Shown here in pieces: positions 44,225 to 57,600 of a stretch of DNA of 64,000 bases (positions within the stretch are counted from its first letter, which is position 1; each line of letters starts with the position of its first letter). This stretch comes from Macrostomum hystrix. Taxonomy: Eukaryota; Animalia; Platyhelminthes. The notes beneath the pieces are model-generated. The model ran no database searches, was not told the origin of the DNA, and saw only the letters and a program-made list of their open reading frames with translations. The stretch is from contig CATNEN010000008.1 in NCBI GenBank assembly GCA_950097015.1, forward strand, positions 4,030,001-4,094,000, given 5' to 3'. The position numbers were made by a program, and so were the translations under genes.

Positions 44225-47200
44225 GTTTCATTCCCATTCCACCCTCCATCTTTCATTTCTACCCCTCCCTCCTTCTTTTCTACACCATCCCTCCTTCTTT
44301 TCTACACCATCCCTCCTTCATTTCTACACCATCCCTCCTTCTTTTCCACACCATCCCTCCTTCATTTCTACACCATCCCTCCTTCATTTCTACATCATCC
44401 CTCCTTCATTTCTACACCATCCCTCCTTCTTTTCTACACCATCCCTCCTTCATTTCTACACCATCCCTCCTTCATTTTCTACACCATCCCTCCTTCATTT
44501 CTACACCATCCCTCCTTCATTTCTACACCATCCCTCCTTCATTTCCACACCATCCCTCCTTCTTTTCTACACCATCCCTCCTTCATTTCCACACCATCCC
44601 TCCTTCTTTTCTACACCATCCCTCCTTCATTTCTACACCATCCCTCCTTCATTTCTACACCATCCCTCCTTCTTTTCTACACCATCCCTCCTTCTTTTCT
44701 ACACCATCCCTCCTTCTTTTCTACACCATCCCTCCTTCATTTCTACACCATCCCTCCTTCATTTCCACACCATCCCTCCTTCTTTTCTACACCATCCCTC
44801 CTTCTTTTCTACACCATCCCTCCTTCATTTCTACACCATCCCTCCTTCTTTTCTACACCATCCCTCCTTCATTTCTACACCATCCCTCCTTCATTTCTAC
44901 ACCATCCCTCCTTCATTTCTACACCATCCCTCCTTCATTTCTACACCATCCCTCCTTCATTTCTACACCATCCCTCCTTCATTTCTACACCATCCCTCCT
45001 TCATTTCTACACCATCCCTCCTTCATTTCTACACCATCCCTCCTTCATTTCTACACCATCCCTCCTTCATTTCTACACCATCCCTCCTTCTTTTCTACAC
45101 CATCCCCTCCTCATTTCTACACCATCCCTCCTTCATTTCTACACCATCCCTCCTCATTTCTACACCATCCCTCCTTCATTTCTACACCATCCCTCCTTCT
45201 TTTCTACACCATCCCTCCTTCATTCTACACCATCCCTCCTTCATTTCTACACCATCCCTCCTTCTTTTCCACACCGTCCCTCCTTCATTTCTACACCATC
45301 CCTCCTTCATTTCTACACCATCCCTCCTTCATTTCTACACCATCCCTCCTTCTTTTCTACACCATCCCTCCTTCATTTCTACACCATCCCTCCTTCTTTC
45401 TACACCATCCCTCCTTCATTTCTACACCATCCCTCCTTCTTTTCTACACCAATCCCTCCTTCATTTCTACACCATCCCTCCTTCTTTTCTACACCATCCC
45501 TCCTTCTTTCTACACCATCCCTCCTTCATTTCTACACCATCCCTCCTTCATTTCTACACCATCCCTCCTTCATTTCTACACCATCCCTCCTTCATTTCTA
45601 CACCATCCCTCCTTCTTTTCTACACCATCCCTCCTTCTTTTCTACACCATCCCTCCTTCTTTTCTACACCATCCCTCCTTCTTTTCTACACCATCCCTCC
45701 TTCATTTCTACACCATCCCTCCTTCATTTCTACACCATCCCTCCTTCTTTTCTACACCATCCCTCCTTCATTTCTACACCATCCCTCCTTCTTTTCTACA
45801 CCATCCCTCCTTCATTTCTACACCATCCCTCCTTCTTTTCTACACCATCCCTCCTTCTTTTCTACACCATCCCTCCTTCATTTCCACACCATCCCTCCTT
45901 CTTTTCCACACCATCCCTCCTTCTTTTCTACACCATCCCTCCTTCATTTCTACACCATCCCTCCTTCTTTTCTACACCATCCCTCCTTCTTTTCTACACC
46001 ATCCCTCCTTCATTTCTACACCATCCCTCCTTCTTTTCTACACCATCCCTCCTTCATTTCTACACCATCCCTCCTTCTTTCTACACCATCCCTCCTTCAT
46101 TTCTACACCATCCCTCCTTCATTTCTACACCATCCCTCCTTCTTTTCTACACCATCCCTCCTTCTTTCTACACCATCCCTCCTTCATTTTCTACACCATC
46201 CCTCCTTCTTTTCTACACCATCCCTCCTTCTTTTCTACACCATCCCTCCTTCATTTCTACACCATCCCTCCTTCATTTCTACACCATCCCTCCTTCATTT
46301 CTACACCATCCCTCCTTCATTTCTACACCATCCCTCCTTCATTTCTACACCATCCCTCCTTCATTTCTACACCATCCCTCCTTCATTTCTACACCATCCC
46401 TCCTTCATTTCTACACCATCCCTCCTTCTTTTCTACACCATCCCTCCTTCTTTTCTACACCATCCCTCCTTCTTTTCTACACCATCCCTCCTTCTTTTCT
46501 ACACCATCCCTCCTTCATTTCTACACCATCCCTCCTTCTTTCTACACCATCCCTCCTTCTTTTCTACACCATCCCTCCTTCATTTCTACACCATCCCTCC
46601 TTCATTTCCACACCATCCCTCCTTCTTTTCCTACACCATCCCTCCTTCTTTTCTACACCATCCCTCCTTCATTTCTACACCATCCCTCCTTCATTTCTAC
46701 ACCATCCCTCCTTCTTTTCTACACCATCCCTCCTTCTTTTCTACACCATCCCTCCTTCTTTTCTACACCATCCCTCCTTCTTTTCTACACCATCCCTCCT
46801 TCATTTCTACACCATCCCTCCTTCTTTTCTACACCATCCCTCCTTCATTTCTACACCATCCCTCCTTCTTTTCTACACCATCCCTCCTTCTTTTCTACAC
46901 CATCCCTCCTTCTTTTCTACACCATCCCTCCTTCTTTTCTACACCATCCCTCCTTCATTTCTACACCATCCCTCCTTCTTTTCCTACACCATCCCTCCTT
47001 CTTTTCTACACCATCCCTCCTTCATTTCTACACCATCCCTCCTTCATTTCTACACCATCCCTCCTTCTTTTCTACACCATCCCTCCTTCATTTCTACACC
47101 ATCCCTCCTTCTTTTCTACACCATCCCTCCTTCTTTTCTACACCATCCCTCCTTCATTTCTACACCATCCCTCCTTCTTTTCTACACCATCCCTCCTTCA

Positions 47201-48600
47201 TTTCTACACCATCCCTCCTTCTTTTCTACACCATCCCTCCTTCTTTTCTACACCATCCCTCCTTCTTTTCTACACCATCCCTCCTTCTTTTCTACACCAT
47301 CCCTCCTTCATTTCTACACCATCCCTCCTTCTTTTCTACACCATCCCTCCTTCATTTCTACACCATCCCTCCTTCTTTTCCACACCATCCCTCCTTCTTT
47401 TCTACACCATCCCTCCTTCATTTCTACACCATCCCTCCTTCTTTTCTACACCATCCCTCCTTCATTTCTACACCATCCCTCCTTATTTTCTACACCATCC
47501 CTCCTTCTTTTCTACACCATCCCTCCTTCATTTCTACACCATCCCTCCTTCTTTTCTACACCATCCCTCCTTCTTTTCCACACCATCCCTCCTTCTTTTC
47601 TACACCATCCCTCCTTCTTTTCTACACCATCCCTCCTTCATTTCTACACCATCCCTCCTTCTTTTCTACACCATCCCTCCTTCTTTTCTACACCATCCCT
47701 CCTTCATTTCTACACCATCCCTCCTTCTTTTCTACACCATCCCTCCTTCATTTCTACACCATCCCTCCTTCTTTTCTACACCATCCCTCCTTCATTTCTA
47801 CACCATCCCTCCTTCATTTCTACACCATCCCTCCTTCTTTTCTACACCATCCCTCCTTCTTTTCTACACCATCCCTCCTTCTTTTCTACACCATCCCTCC
47901 TTCTTTTCTACACCATCCCTCCTTCTTTTCTACACCATCCCTCCTTCATTTCTACACCATCCCTCCTTCATTTCTACACCATCCCTCCTTCATTTCTACA
48001 CCATCCCTCCTTCATTTCTACACCATCCCTCCTTCATTTCTACACCATCCCTCCTTCATTTCTACACCATCCCTCCTTCTTTTCTACACCATCCCTCCTT
48101 CATTTCTACACCATCCCTCCTTCATTTCTACACCATCCCTCCTTCATTTCTACACCATCCCTCCTTCTTTTCCACACCATCCCTCCTTCATTTCTACACC
48201 ATCCCTCCTTCATTTCTACACCATCCCTCCTTCATTTCTACACCATCCCTCCTTCTTTTCTACACCATCCCTCCTTCTTTTCTACACCATCCCTCCTTCA
48301 TTTCTACACCATCCCTCCTTCTTTTCTACACCATCCCTCCTTCATTTCTACACCATCCCTCCTTCTTTTCTACACCATCCCTCCTTCATTTCTACACCAT
48401 CCCTCCTTCTTTTCTACACCATCCCTCCTTCATTTCTACACCATCCCTCCTTCTTTTCTACACCATCCCTCCTTCTTTTCTACACCATCCCTCCTTCTTT
48501 TCTACACCATCCCTCCTTCTTTTCCACACCATCCCTCCTTCTTTTCCACACCATCCCTCCTTCTTTTCCACACCATCCCTCCTTCTTTTCTACCTCTCGC
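44225..48600. repeat. 4.4-kb minisatellite, 22-nt unit TTTCTACACCATCCCTCCTTC(A/T)
   Basis: About 200 units in the intergenic region between the convergent CPT1 and SLC6 3' ends. Confidence 0.99.
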
Positions 48601-49194
48601 TCCTTTTTTTCTACCCATCCCTCCTTTATTTCTACCCTCCCCTCCATTTTTACTCCAATATTTGATCATTTCTACCCCCTCCTTATGCAGCGGCTGTGAC
48701 ACTAGCTGTACACCTGGCTCAACAGGGTTAAGTTTCATTTCTTATTAATCGATGGTCGGAACATATACTCGTACTACTATTCCAACCGCATTATCAACTA
48801 ATAAATGCAACCAATCCAATTGTTTCGGGGCTCAGCTAACAGCAAGAAAACTTGAGTGTGAATTGTGTTCGAGCAATGACCAGCTCTCCACCAGCTGCTT
48901 CTGGCCTTCTTTTTGCACTTTTCTGTGCATTTTACGATCCAGTCTTGACGATTGCATTGGCTGCGGCAATAATAAGGGAGACAGGATATTTAAAAAAACA
49001 AGAGAAATCAGCGCATGCAACGCGGAACTGTGGACTTTTTCGGAACAGCAAACAAACAACAATGGAAAGCTAGTAGTCTACTTTTTGCTATAAGTAAATG
49101 AAGACAAACAATGAGATATTATTGAGCTTCTAATTGGATCCGACAGGGTGTCTGACAAACCTGAAAGTAAACTATAGAGATTTTTCAAGTAAGT

Positions 49195-51100
49195 ATCAAT
49201 TCCTCCCGTCTCCCAATTCCTCCCGTCTCCCAATTATTCTCGTCTACCAATTCTTCCCGTCTCCCAATTCTTCCCGTCTCCCAGTTCTTCCCGTCTCCCA
49301 ATTCTTCCCGTCTCCCAATTCCTCCCGTCTCCCAATTCTTCCCGTCTCCCAGTTCTTCCCGTCTCCCAATTCTTCCCGTCTCCCAATTCTTCCCGTCTCC
49401 CAATTCTTCTCGTCTCCCAATTCTTCTCGTCTCCCAATTCTTCCCGTCTCACAATTTTCCCGTCTCCCAATTCTTCCCATCTCCCAATTCTTCCCTTCTC
49501 TCAATTCTTCCCGTCTCATAATTCTTGCCGTCTCCCAATTCTTCCCGTCTCCCAATTCTTCCCGTCTCTCAATTCTTCCCGTCTCCCAATTCTTCCCGTC
49601 TCCCAATTCTTCTCGTCTCCCAATTCTTCTCGTCTCCCAATTCTTCCCGTCTCACAATTTTCCCGTCTCCCAATTCTTCCCATCTCCCAATTCTTCCCTT
49701 CTCTCAATTCTTCCCGTCTCATAATTCTTGCCGTCTCCCAATTCTTCCCGTCTCCCAATTCTTCTCGTCTCCCAATTCTTCTCGTCTCCCAATTCTTCTC
49801 GTCTCCCAATTCTTCTCGTCTCCCAATTCTTCCCGTCTCCCAATTCTTCCCGTCTCCCAGTTCTTCCCGTCTCCCAATTCTTCCCGTCTCCCAATTCTTC
49901 CCGTCTCCCAATTCTTCTCGTCTCCCAATTCTTCTCGTCTCCCAATTCTTCCCGTCTCACAATTTTCCCGTCTCCCAATTCTTCCCATCTCCCAATTCTT
50001 CCCTTCTCTCAATTCTTCCCGTCTCATAATTCTTGCCGTCTCCCAATTCTTCCCGTCTCCCAATTCTTCCCGTCTCCCAATTCTTCCCGTCTCCCAATTC
50101 TTCCCGTCTCCCAATTCTTCTCGTCTCCCAATTCTTCTCGTCTCCCAATTCTTCCCGTCTCACAATTTTCCCGTCTCCCAATTCTTCCCATCTCCCAATT
50201 CTTCCCTTCTCTCAATTCTTCCCGTCTCATAATTCTTGCCGTCTCCCAATTCTTCCCGTCTCCCAATTCTTCTCGTCTCCCAATTCTTCTCGTCTCCCAA
50301 TTCTTCTCTTCTCCCAATTCTTCTCGTCTCCCAATTCTTCCCGTCTCCCAATTCTTCCCGTCTCACAATTCTTCCCGTCTCCCAATTCCTCCCGTCTCCC
50401 AATTCTTCCCTTCTCTCAATTCTTCCCGTCTCCTAATTCTTCCCGTCTCCCAATTCTTCCCGTCTCCCAATTCTTCTCGTCTCCCAATTCTTCTCGTCTC
50501 CCAATTCTTCTCGTCTCCCAATTCTTCTCGTCTCCCAATTCTTCCCTTCTCTCAATTCTTCCCTTCCCTCAATTCTCCCCTTCTCTCAATTCTTCCCGTC
50601 TCCCAATTCTTCTCGTCTCCCAATTCTTCTCGTCTCCCAATTCTTCCCTTCCCTCAATTCTCCCCTTCTCTCAATTCTTCCCTTCCCTCAATTCTTCCCT
50701 TCCCTCAATTCTTCCCTTCCCTCAATTCTCCCCTTCTCTCAATTCTTCCCGTCTCTCAATTCTTCCCTTCCCTCAATTCTCCCCTTCTCACAATTCTTCC
50801 CGTCTCCCAATTCTTCCCTTCTCTCAATTCTTCCCGTCTCCTAATTCTTCCCGTCTCCCAATTCTTCCCGTCTCCCAATTCTTCTCGTCTCCCAATTCTT
50901 CTCGTCTCCCAATTCTTCTCGTCTCCCAATTCTTCCCTTCCCTCAATTCTTCCCTTCTCTCAATTCTTCCCTTCCCTCAATTCTCCCCTTCTCTCAATTC
51001 TCCCCTTCTCTCAATTCTTCCCTTCCCTCAATTCTTCCCTTCCCTCAATTCTTCCCTTCTCTCAATTCTTCCCTTCTCTCAATTCTTCCCTTCTCTCACT
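49195..51100. repeat. Minisatellite, 17-nt unit TCTCCCAATTCTTCCCG
   Basis: About 110 units with higher-order blocks (305-nt offset). Confidence 0.98.
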
Positions 51101-51479
51101 TCTTACCTTCTCTCAATTTTTCCATTCTCACCATTTTTACCTGCTTCCAATTCTTGCATTTTCCCAATTCTTCCTTTCACCCAATTTGCAAGTTAGCAAA
51201 AATTGAAAATAACATACATATAGATGCACATACTTGTACGTACAACAGTTACTTCATAGATGAAGCAACAGGTATAACAACTAATCTAAAATAACAAAAA
51301 CAATACAATACTTTATTAAAAAACACCAACTGCGAGACAACTACAGGCAAAGAAGCGGGCTGTAGCTAGTCGATTAAATCAATTTAAATTTTTCCTAAAA
51401 ATTGAATAATTTTCGCAGAAATGTATAGATTAGCATGGGCCATATGACTCCCTAGTTGCATTTGACCTTCCCGCAGCAA

Positions 51480-51609
51480 TTAGACTTGGGTGTTGGCTGC
51501 TGAGGCGCTCTTGTTTGGCGACTGCGGCGCCGAGGAGCCACTGAACGAGCCGGACTCCTCCGGCAGCGGCTCCCCGACGGAGAAGGCGGCGAATGGCAGA
51601 GCGGATGAT

Positions 51610-51645
<36 letters not shown>

Positions 51646-54600
51646 TGATACTCCTGCGCCAGGTTGGCCGCTGACGAGATGAGCTGCGGATCGATGTGCT
51701 GCAGAGCCGAGAAGGAGTTGGTGTTGGTGCGGATCCGGTTCAAACCGGATTCCCGGCTGGCCGCGCGCTGCAGCTCGGCGGCGATGCTCAGCTTCGACTG
51801 GAAGAAGGCGGTCGCGCCCTCGGCAGAGTCGGCGTTGGTGCGGGCCAGGTTGTCCAGGAACTGGCTGCGGTGCTTCGGCTTCGCCGGGCCCCAGTCCTCC
51901 GAGGGTTTCAGGAACTCCCTGAACAGGATGAAGCCGCCCTCCCGGCAGTAGCGGTAGATGGCGCAGGCCGGGATCCAGGCGATGACGAAGAGGCCGATGA
52001 GGACGCAGAGAACCTGGAAGGGCCGGCTGTAGGTGTAGCTGCCGTAGGTGATTGGCTCGTTGAACACGGCCATGAGTACAATCAGTATGAGCATGACCAG
52101 GGGTGTTATGACCACCCAGGTGGCGCGCCAGTAGATGTTCGGCCGGCCGCCGACCATCAGGCGGATGTCCTCGGCGAACTGCCTGTACGGGTAGATGTAC
52201 ATCAGCACAACTAGCTCCACAATGCCGCACACTAGCAGTGGAAAGGTGGACACGGCATTGTCTACCAGGTTCAGCAGGTACATGCCGCCGCCGAAGCACA
52301 TTGAGAGGCCCAAAACGAACAGGAAAGTGCAAACGCTAACGCGGTAGATGATGGCGTGCTTCTTCGAGGCGCCCATCCAGCCGAGCGAGCGCAGCTCGTC
52401 TTGGAAGGCGCACAGCACCGTCTCGGTGATGGAGAACTGGACGGTGTGGAGAGGTGGGCGGGTGCGGTAGATCAAATGGGAATTGGTTTCAGTGTTTAGT
52501 GGCGGTAGATCAAATGGGAATTGGTTTCAGTGTTTAGTGGCGGTAGATCAAAAGTAATTGGTTTCAGTGTTTAGTGGCGGTAGATCAAAGGGAATTGGTT
52601 TCAGTGTTTAGTGGCGGTAGATCAAAAGGGATTGGTTTCAGTGTTTAGTGGCGGTAGATCAAAGGGAATTGGTTTCAGTGATTAGTGGCGGTAGATCAAA
52701 GGGAATTGGTTTCAGTGTTTAGTGGCGGTGGATCAAAGGGAATTTGTTTCAGATTTTTACACTTAAGATAGTTTTTTTAGCAAGCACTGCTTAGGGTAGT
52801 TTAGTCAGAAACAATTTTTGAACTCAGATATCCCGTCATTCCTCTGAGTACAGTGGTGTTAGCATGGTTCTTGCTTGTGATTCAATTGAATTTAATGCTT
52901 CATACGAACAGTGGAGACGTCATATGCATAAAAATTAGCTGGCTTTTATCAATTTTTTGGGAACTTTTTTTATTACTAATTAATGAACAATAATCTGCTA
53001 ATCTCATTACCTAGAGCTGCCAATTCGCCTTCTTGTGCTGAGGCCACACCTTTGCCGTGTTTAAATAATCTATAGGCCGTGCATTAATCCCTGACCTACC
53101 TTAACTGCCTTCCTTAATCAGGGAAATAGAAATCTTCAAAGAAGATTTTGCATTTAGACTGCTCGCACATTCTAGGGGGATGAAAATCGCTGGAAAAACT
53201 GATGGGGCTCTCTGCCATTGCTGTTCGAAAGAAAAGCTGCGGGTTTGGGGAAAAGAGAATATTTCCTGCTGGTTGACTGACTGCTTCAGCAACCATTTGA
53301 GGAATATTAATTGCTGGACAGGAAGGGGCGGAAATGGCCCGTCAATTTAATCCCCAAGGGGGGAAAAATCCCCATCTCTGCACTTGAGCAATTATTACAC
53401 TGCAATTAAATTGTGACCACTGTTGAACTCGAGATGTTTGAGTTGGCTTGCCTAGATTTAGCAGGGGCGTTCGATTCCCCTGCTATTCAGTTTAAACGCA
53501 CAGTTTGATATCGCTATTGACTCAGCGCTTTCAATACGAGGCGTGTGTACATTCCTTATGATGCAACAGCTGAGGCGTGTGTACATTCCTTATGATGCAA
53601 CAGCTGAGGCGTGTGTACATTCCTTATAATGTTACGATCTGGAATCTGGACTCAGTCATTGAGTCTACGAGTACAATAAATATAAATATGACTGACTCAG
53701 CATTTGTTAGAAGGAGATTAGGGGTGGGTGCTACAGCGCCTTGCATCAGTGAGAGAAAGTAAGCATTGTAAATCTAAAGACAGTACAGTGGGGTGACATG
53801 GGTGCACGTGAACTATAGCCAGATAGTAAATAGAGAGTATTGAAATGACAATAAAGTAGCTGTTATAGAGCGGCGCGCAAATGGTACTTTTCTAAGCTAT
53901 CCGACAGAATCAATCTGGAATTACGTCCCAATCTGGAATCTAAAAATAGCTCACATAACAAGAGGTCAGAAAAAATCCCTTTCAATGAACATTAACTCTG
54001 AGCTCAAAATAGCACACAGCTTAGTGGGGGGACGAACTTTTTTCAATGTACATATGATTCTATGAGCTAAAAATAGCATATAGAAATTCTCACCTGCGAA
54101 CCAAAGCCTAAAGTGGCCATCATAATGAAGAACAGAACGGCCCATAGCGGAGACAGCGGCATGTGTGTCAGGGCCTCCGGGTACACCACAAATGCCAGTC
54201 CGGGACCGCCCTTAGCCACATCCTCAACTGGTACATTCTTCTTGTAGGACATGAAGCCCAGATTGCAGAATATGACGAAGCCGGCAAACACGGAGGTGCC
54301 GCAGTTGATGAGGGCTACCAATACCGCGTCTCGCTGGCAATTGTTGCGAAACTTATTATAAGAGCTCATTGCTATGAGACCACCGTTGCAGCAGGACAGG
54401 CTGAAGAATATCTGCGTAGCCGCTTCCATCCACACCTGCGAGATAACAGAGAGCGGCAGACAATGATAACAGAGAGCAGTAGACACTGATAACAGAGAGC
54501 GGCAGACACTGATAACAGAGAGTGGCAGACACTGATAACAGAGAGTGGCAGACACTGATAACAGAGAGCGGCAGACACTGATAACAGAGAGTGGCAGACA

Positions 54601-57600
54601 CTGATAACAGAGAGTGGCAGACACTGATAACAGAGAGCGGCAGACACTGATAACAGAGAGCGGTAGACACTGATAACAGAGAGCGGCAGACACTGATAAC
54701 AGAGAGCGGCAGACACTGATAACAGAGAGCGGTAGACACTGATAACAGAGAGCGGTAGACACTGATAACAGAGAGCGGTAGACACTGATAACAGAGAGTG
54801 GCAGACACTGATAACAGAGAGCGGTAGACACTGATAACAGAGAGCGGTAGACACTGATAACAGAGAGCGGCAGACACTGATAACAGAGAGCGGCAGACAC
54901 TGATAACAGAGAGTGGCAGACACTGATAACAGAGAGCGGTAGACACTGATAACAGAGAGTGGCAGACAATGATAACAGAGAGCGGTAGACACTGATAACA
55001 GAGAGCGGCAGACACTGATAACAGAGAGCGGTAGACACTGATAACAGAGAGCGGTAGACACTGATAACAGAGAGCGGCAGACACTGATAACAGAGAGCGG
55101 TAGACACTGATAACAGAGAGCGGTAGACACTGATAACAGAGAGTGGCAGACACTGATAACAGAGAGCGGTAGACACTGATAACAGAGAGCGGTAGACACT
55201 GATAACAGAGAGCGGCAGACACTGATAACAGAGAGCGGCAGACACTGATAACAGAGAGTGGCAGACACTGATAACAGAGAGCGGTAGACACTGATAACAG
55301 AGAGTGGCAGACAATGATAACAGAGAGCGGTAGACACTGATAACAGAGAGCGGCAGACACTGATAACAGAGAGCGGTAGACACTGATAACAGAGAGCGGT
55401 AGACACTGATAACAGAGAGCGGCAGACACTGATAACAGAGAGCGGTAGACACTGATAACAGAGAGCGGCAGACACTGATAACAGAGAGCGGTAGACACTG
55501 ATAACAGAGAGCGGCAGACACTGATAACAGAGAGTGGCAGACACTGATAACAGAGAGCGGTAGACACTGATAACAGAGAGCGGCAGACACTGATAACAGA
55601 GAGCGGCAGACACTGATAACAGAGAGCGGCAGACACTGATAACAGAGAGTGGCAGACACTGATAACAGAGAGCGGCAGACACTGATAACAGAGAGCGGCA
55701 GACACTGATAACAGAGAGTGGCAGACACTGATAACAGAGAGCGGTAGACACTGATAACAGAGAGCGGCAGACACTGATAACAGAGAGCGGCAGACACTGA
55801 TAACAGAGAGCGGCAGACACTGATAACAGAGAGCGGCAGACACTGATAACAGAGAGCGGTAGACACTGATAACAGAGAGCGGCAGACACTGATAACAGAG
55901 AGCGGCAGACACTGGTCACCTTGTAGTCTAGCAGGCGGCTCCACACTGGCCTGACGTAGAACAGCACGCCACGCATGGCCCCTGGCAGAGTCGCTCCCCG
56001 GATGAGCAAAGCGGTGAGCATCAGGTAAGGGAAGATGGCAGTAAAGTAGGACACTTTGCCCAACGACTGGATGCCCTTGATGAGTACCAGGATGACCAAA
56101 ATCCAGGCTACCAACAAGGCTAAAGCCAGGCGCCAATTGAAGTTTCCGTAATCCTCGATTCCGGCAGTCAGTTCCAGCACGAACCGCCTGGTTTGAGTTG
56201 TAGTGGGCGATGTTGTTACACTTCAAATCAGGTCGCATTCAGTCTAGGCTTACAGCTGTTTATATAGTAATTAGTTCAGACCAATTTTTACTTTACATTT
56301 AGAATGTACTTTTGCGGTTAAAAGTACAATTTTATATGACTCACTCGTAAAACTCCTCGGATGGAGAGCGGCACTTGGTAGTTATGTTGGTGCTGTTGAC
56401 TGGATTGGGAAGCATTTTAAGGGTTGTGGAGGTTGAAATTAATTAATCTAACCTTTTATTCTCTTGGCCTCTCTTATCTCCTTTCCGTGCCGTTCTTGGC
56501 AACCCAGTAATCCTTATTACTTGCGCCAACCTAATCCCCTTTTTTATTGCTTTTAGTCCCTCATCTTGGCACCCCATTAATATTATAGCCTTACTAATCC
56601 GTTTCTGTGCCTCGCTAATCCATAATTTGTGCCTCTCTAAATACCTCTTTGTGCCTCACTAATCCCTCTTTGTGCCTCACTAATACCTCTTTGTGCCTCA
56701 CTAATCCCTCTTTGTGCCTCACTAATCCCTCTTTGTGCCTCACTAATCCATACTTTGTGCCTCTCTAATCCCTCTTTGTGCCTCACTAATCCGTTCTTGT
56801 TGGCTCACTAATCCGTTATTTGTGCCTCACTAGTGCCTCACCAATCCCTATTCTCCGCACCTGCCAAATCCCTATTAGACACCCTATCAGCTGATCGGCA
56901 CCCGATAATGCTCACACGAGCAGCTGAGCTCATCAGTAAAGTTGGTCAGCAGTCCATGGCCTAATCCAGCCCCCATCTCCGTGGCATTATCCGATTGGGA
57001 TCTGAACTCCCGGCAAAGGCCGCTGCGCCACGATTCGTCGCAGAATTGCCAGGGCAGTCGAGCTCGGAAACTGTACACCAGGAAGAACAGGCACTGGGCC
57101 ACTATCACGTTATAGTAAGCTGATAGAATCAGAGATACCAACACCATGGAAACGCCGAGGCCTGCAATCGTTGGTAGATGGGTGCAGGTCATTGTTTATT
57201 TTGTGTCCGCATCTTTTCCCTTACTAATCCTAAAGATACTCTCAAACCCCAACGCTAATCCCAAAAACCAAAGCTACTGATCCCAATCCTACTGATCCCA
57301 ATGCTACTGATCCCAATGTTACTGATCCCAATGCTACTGATCCCAATGCTACTGATCCCAATCCTACTGATCCCAATGCTACTGATCCCAATGTTACTGA
57401 TCCCAATGCTACTGATCCCAATGCTACTGATCCCAATGCTACTGATCCCAATGCTACTGATCCCAATGCCACTGATCCCAATGCTACTGATCCCAATGCT
57501 ACGTATCCCAATGTTACTGATCCCAATGCTACTAATCCCAATGCTACTGATCCCAAAGCTACTGATCCCAAAGCTACTGATCCCAAAGCTACTGATCCCA

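Noticed and set aside
44119-48748. 1526/1529-aa ORFs (FYTIPPSFLHHP repeats)
   Set aside because: Translations of a 22-nt minisatellite that lacks stops in several frames; no unique domain and no splice context.
51430-52332. Alternative-frame and antisense ORFs over GC-rich exons (e.g. 51430-52332, 51696-52214, 41894-42184, 2497-2889)
   Set aside because: Shadow ORFs expected from high GC3 codon usage in the real exons.
53459-53485. Hairpin TAGCAGGGG-CGTTCGATT-CCCCTGCTA with a B-box-like loop
   Set aside because: Isolated 9-bp stem with no A-box, tRNA body or Helitron CTAG end nearby.
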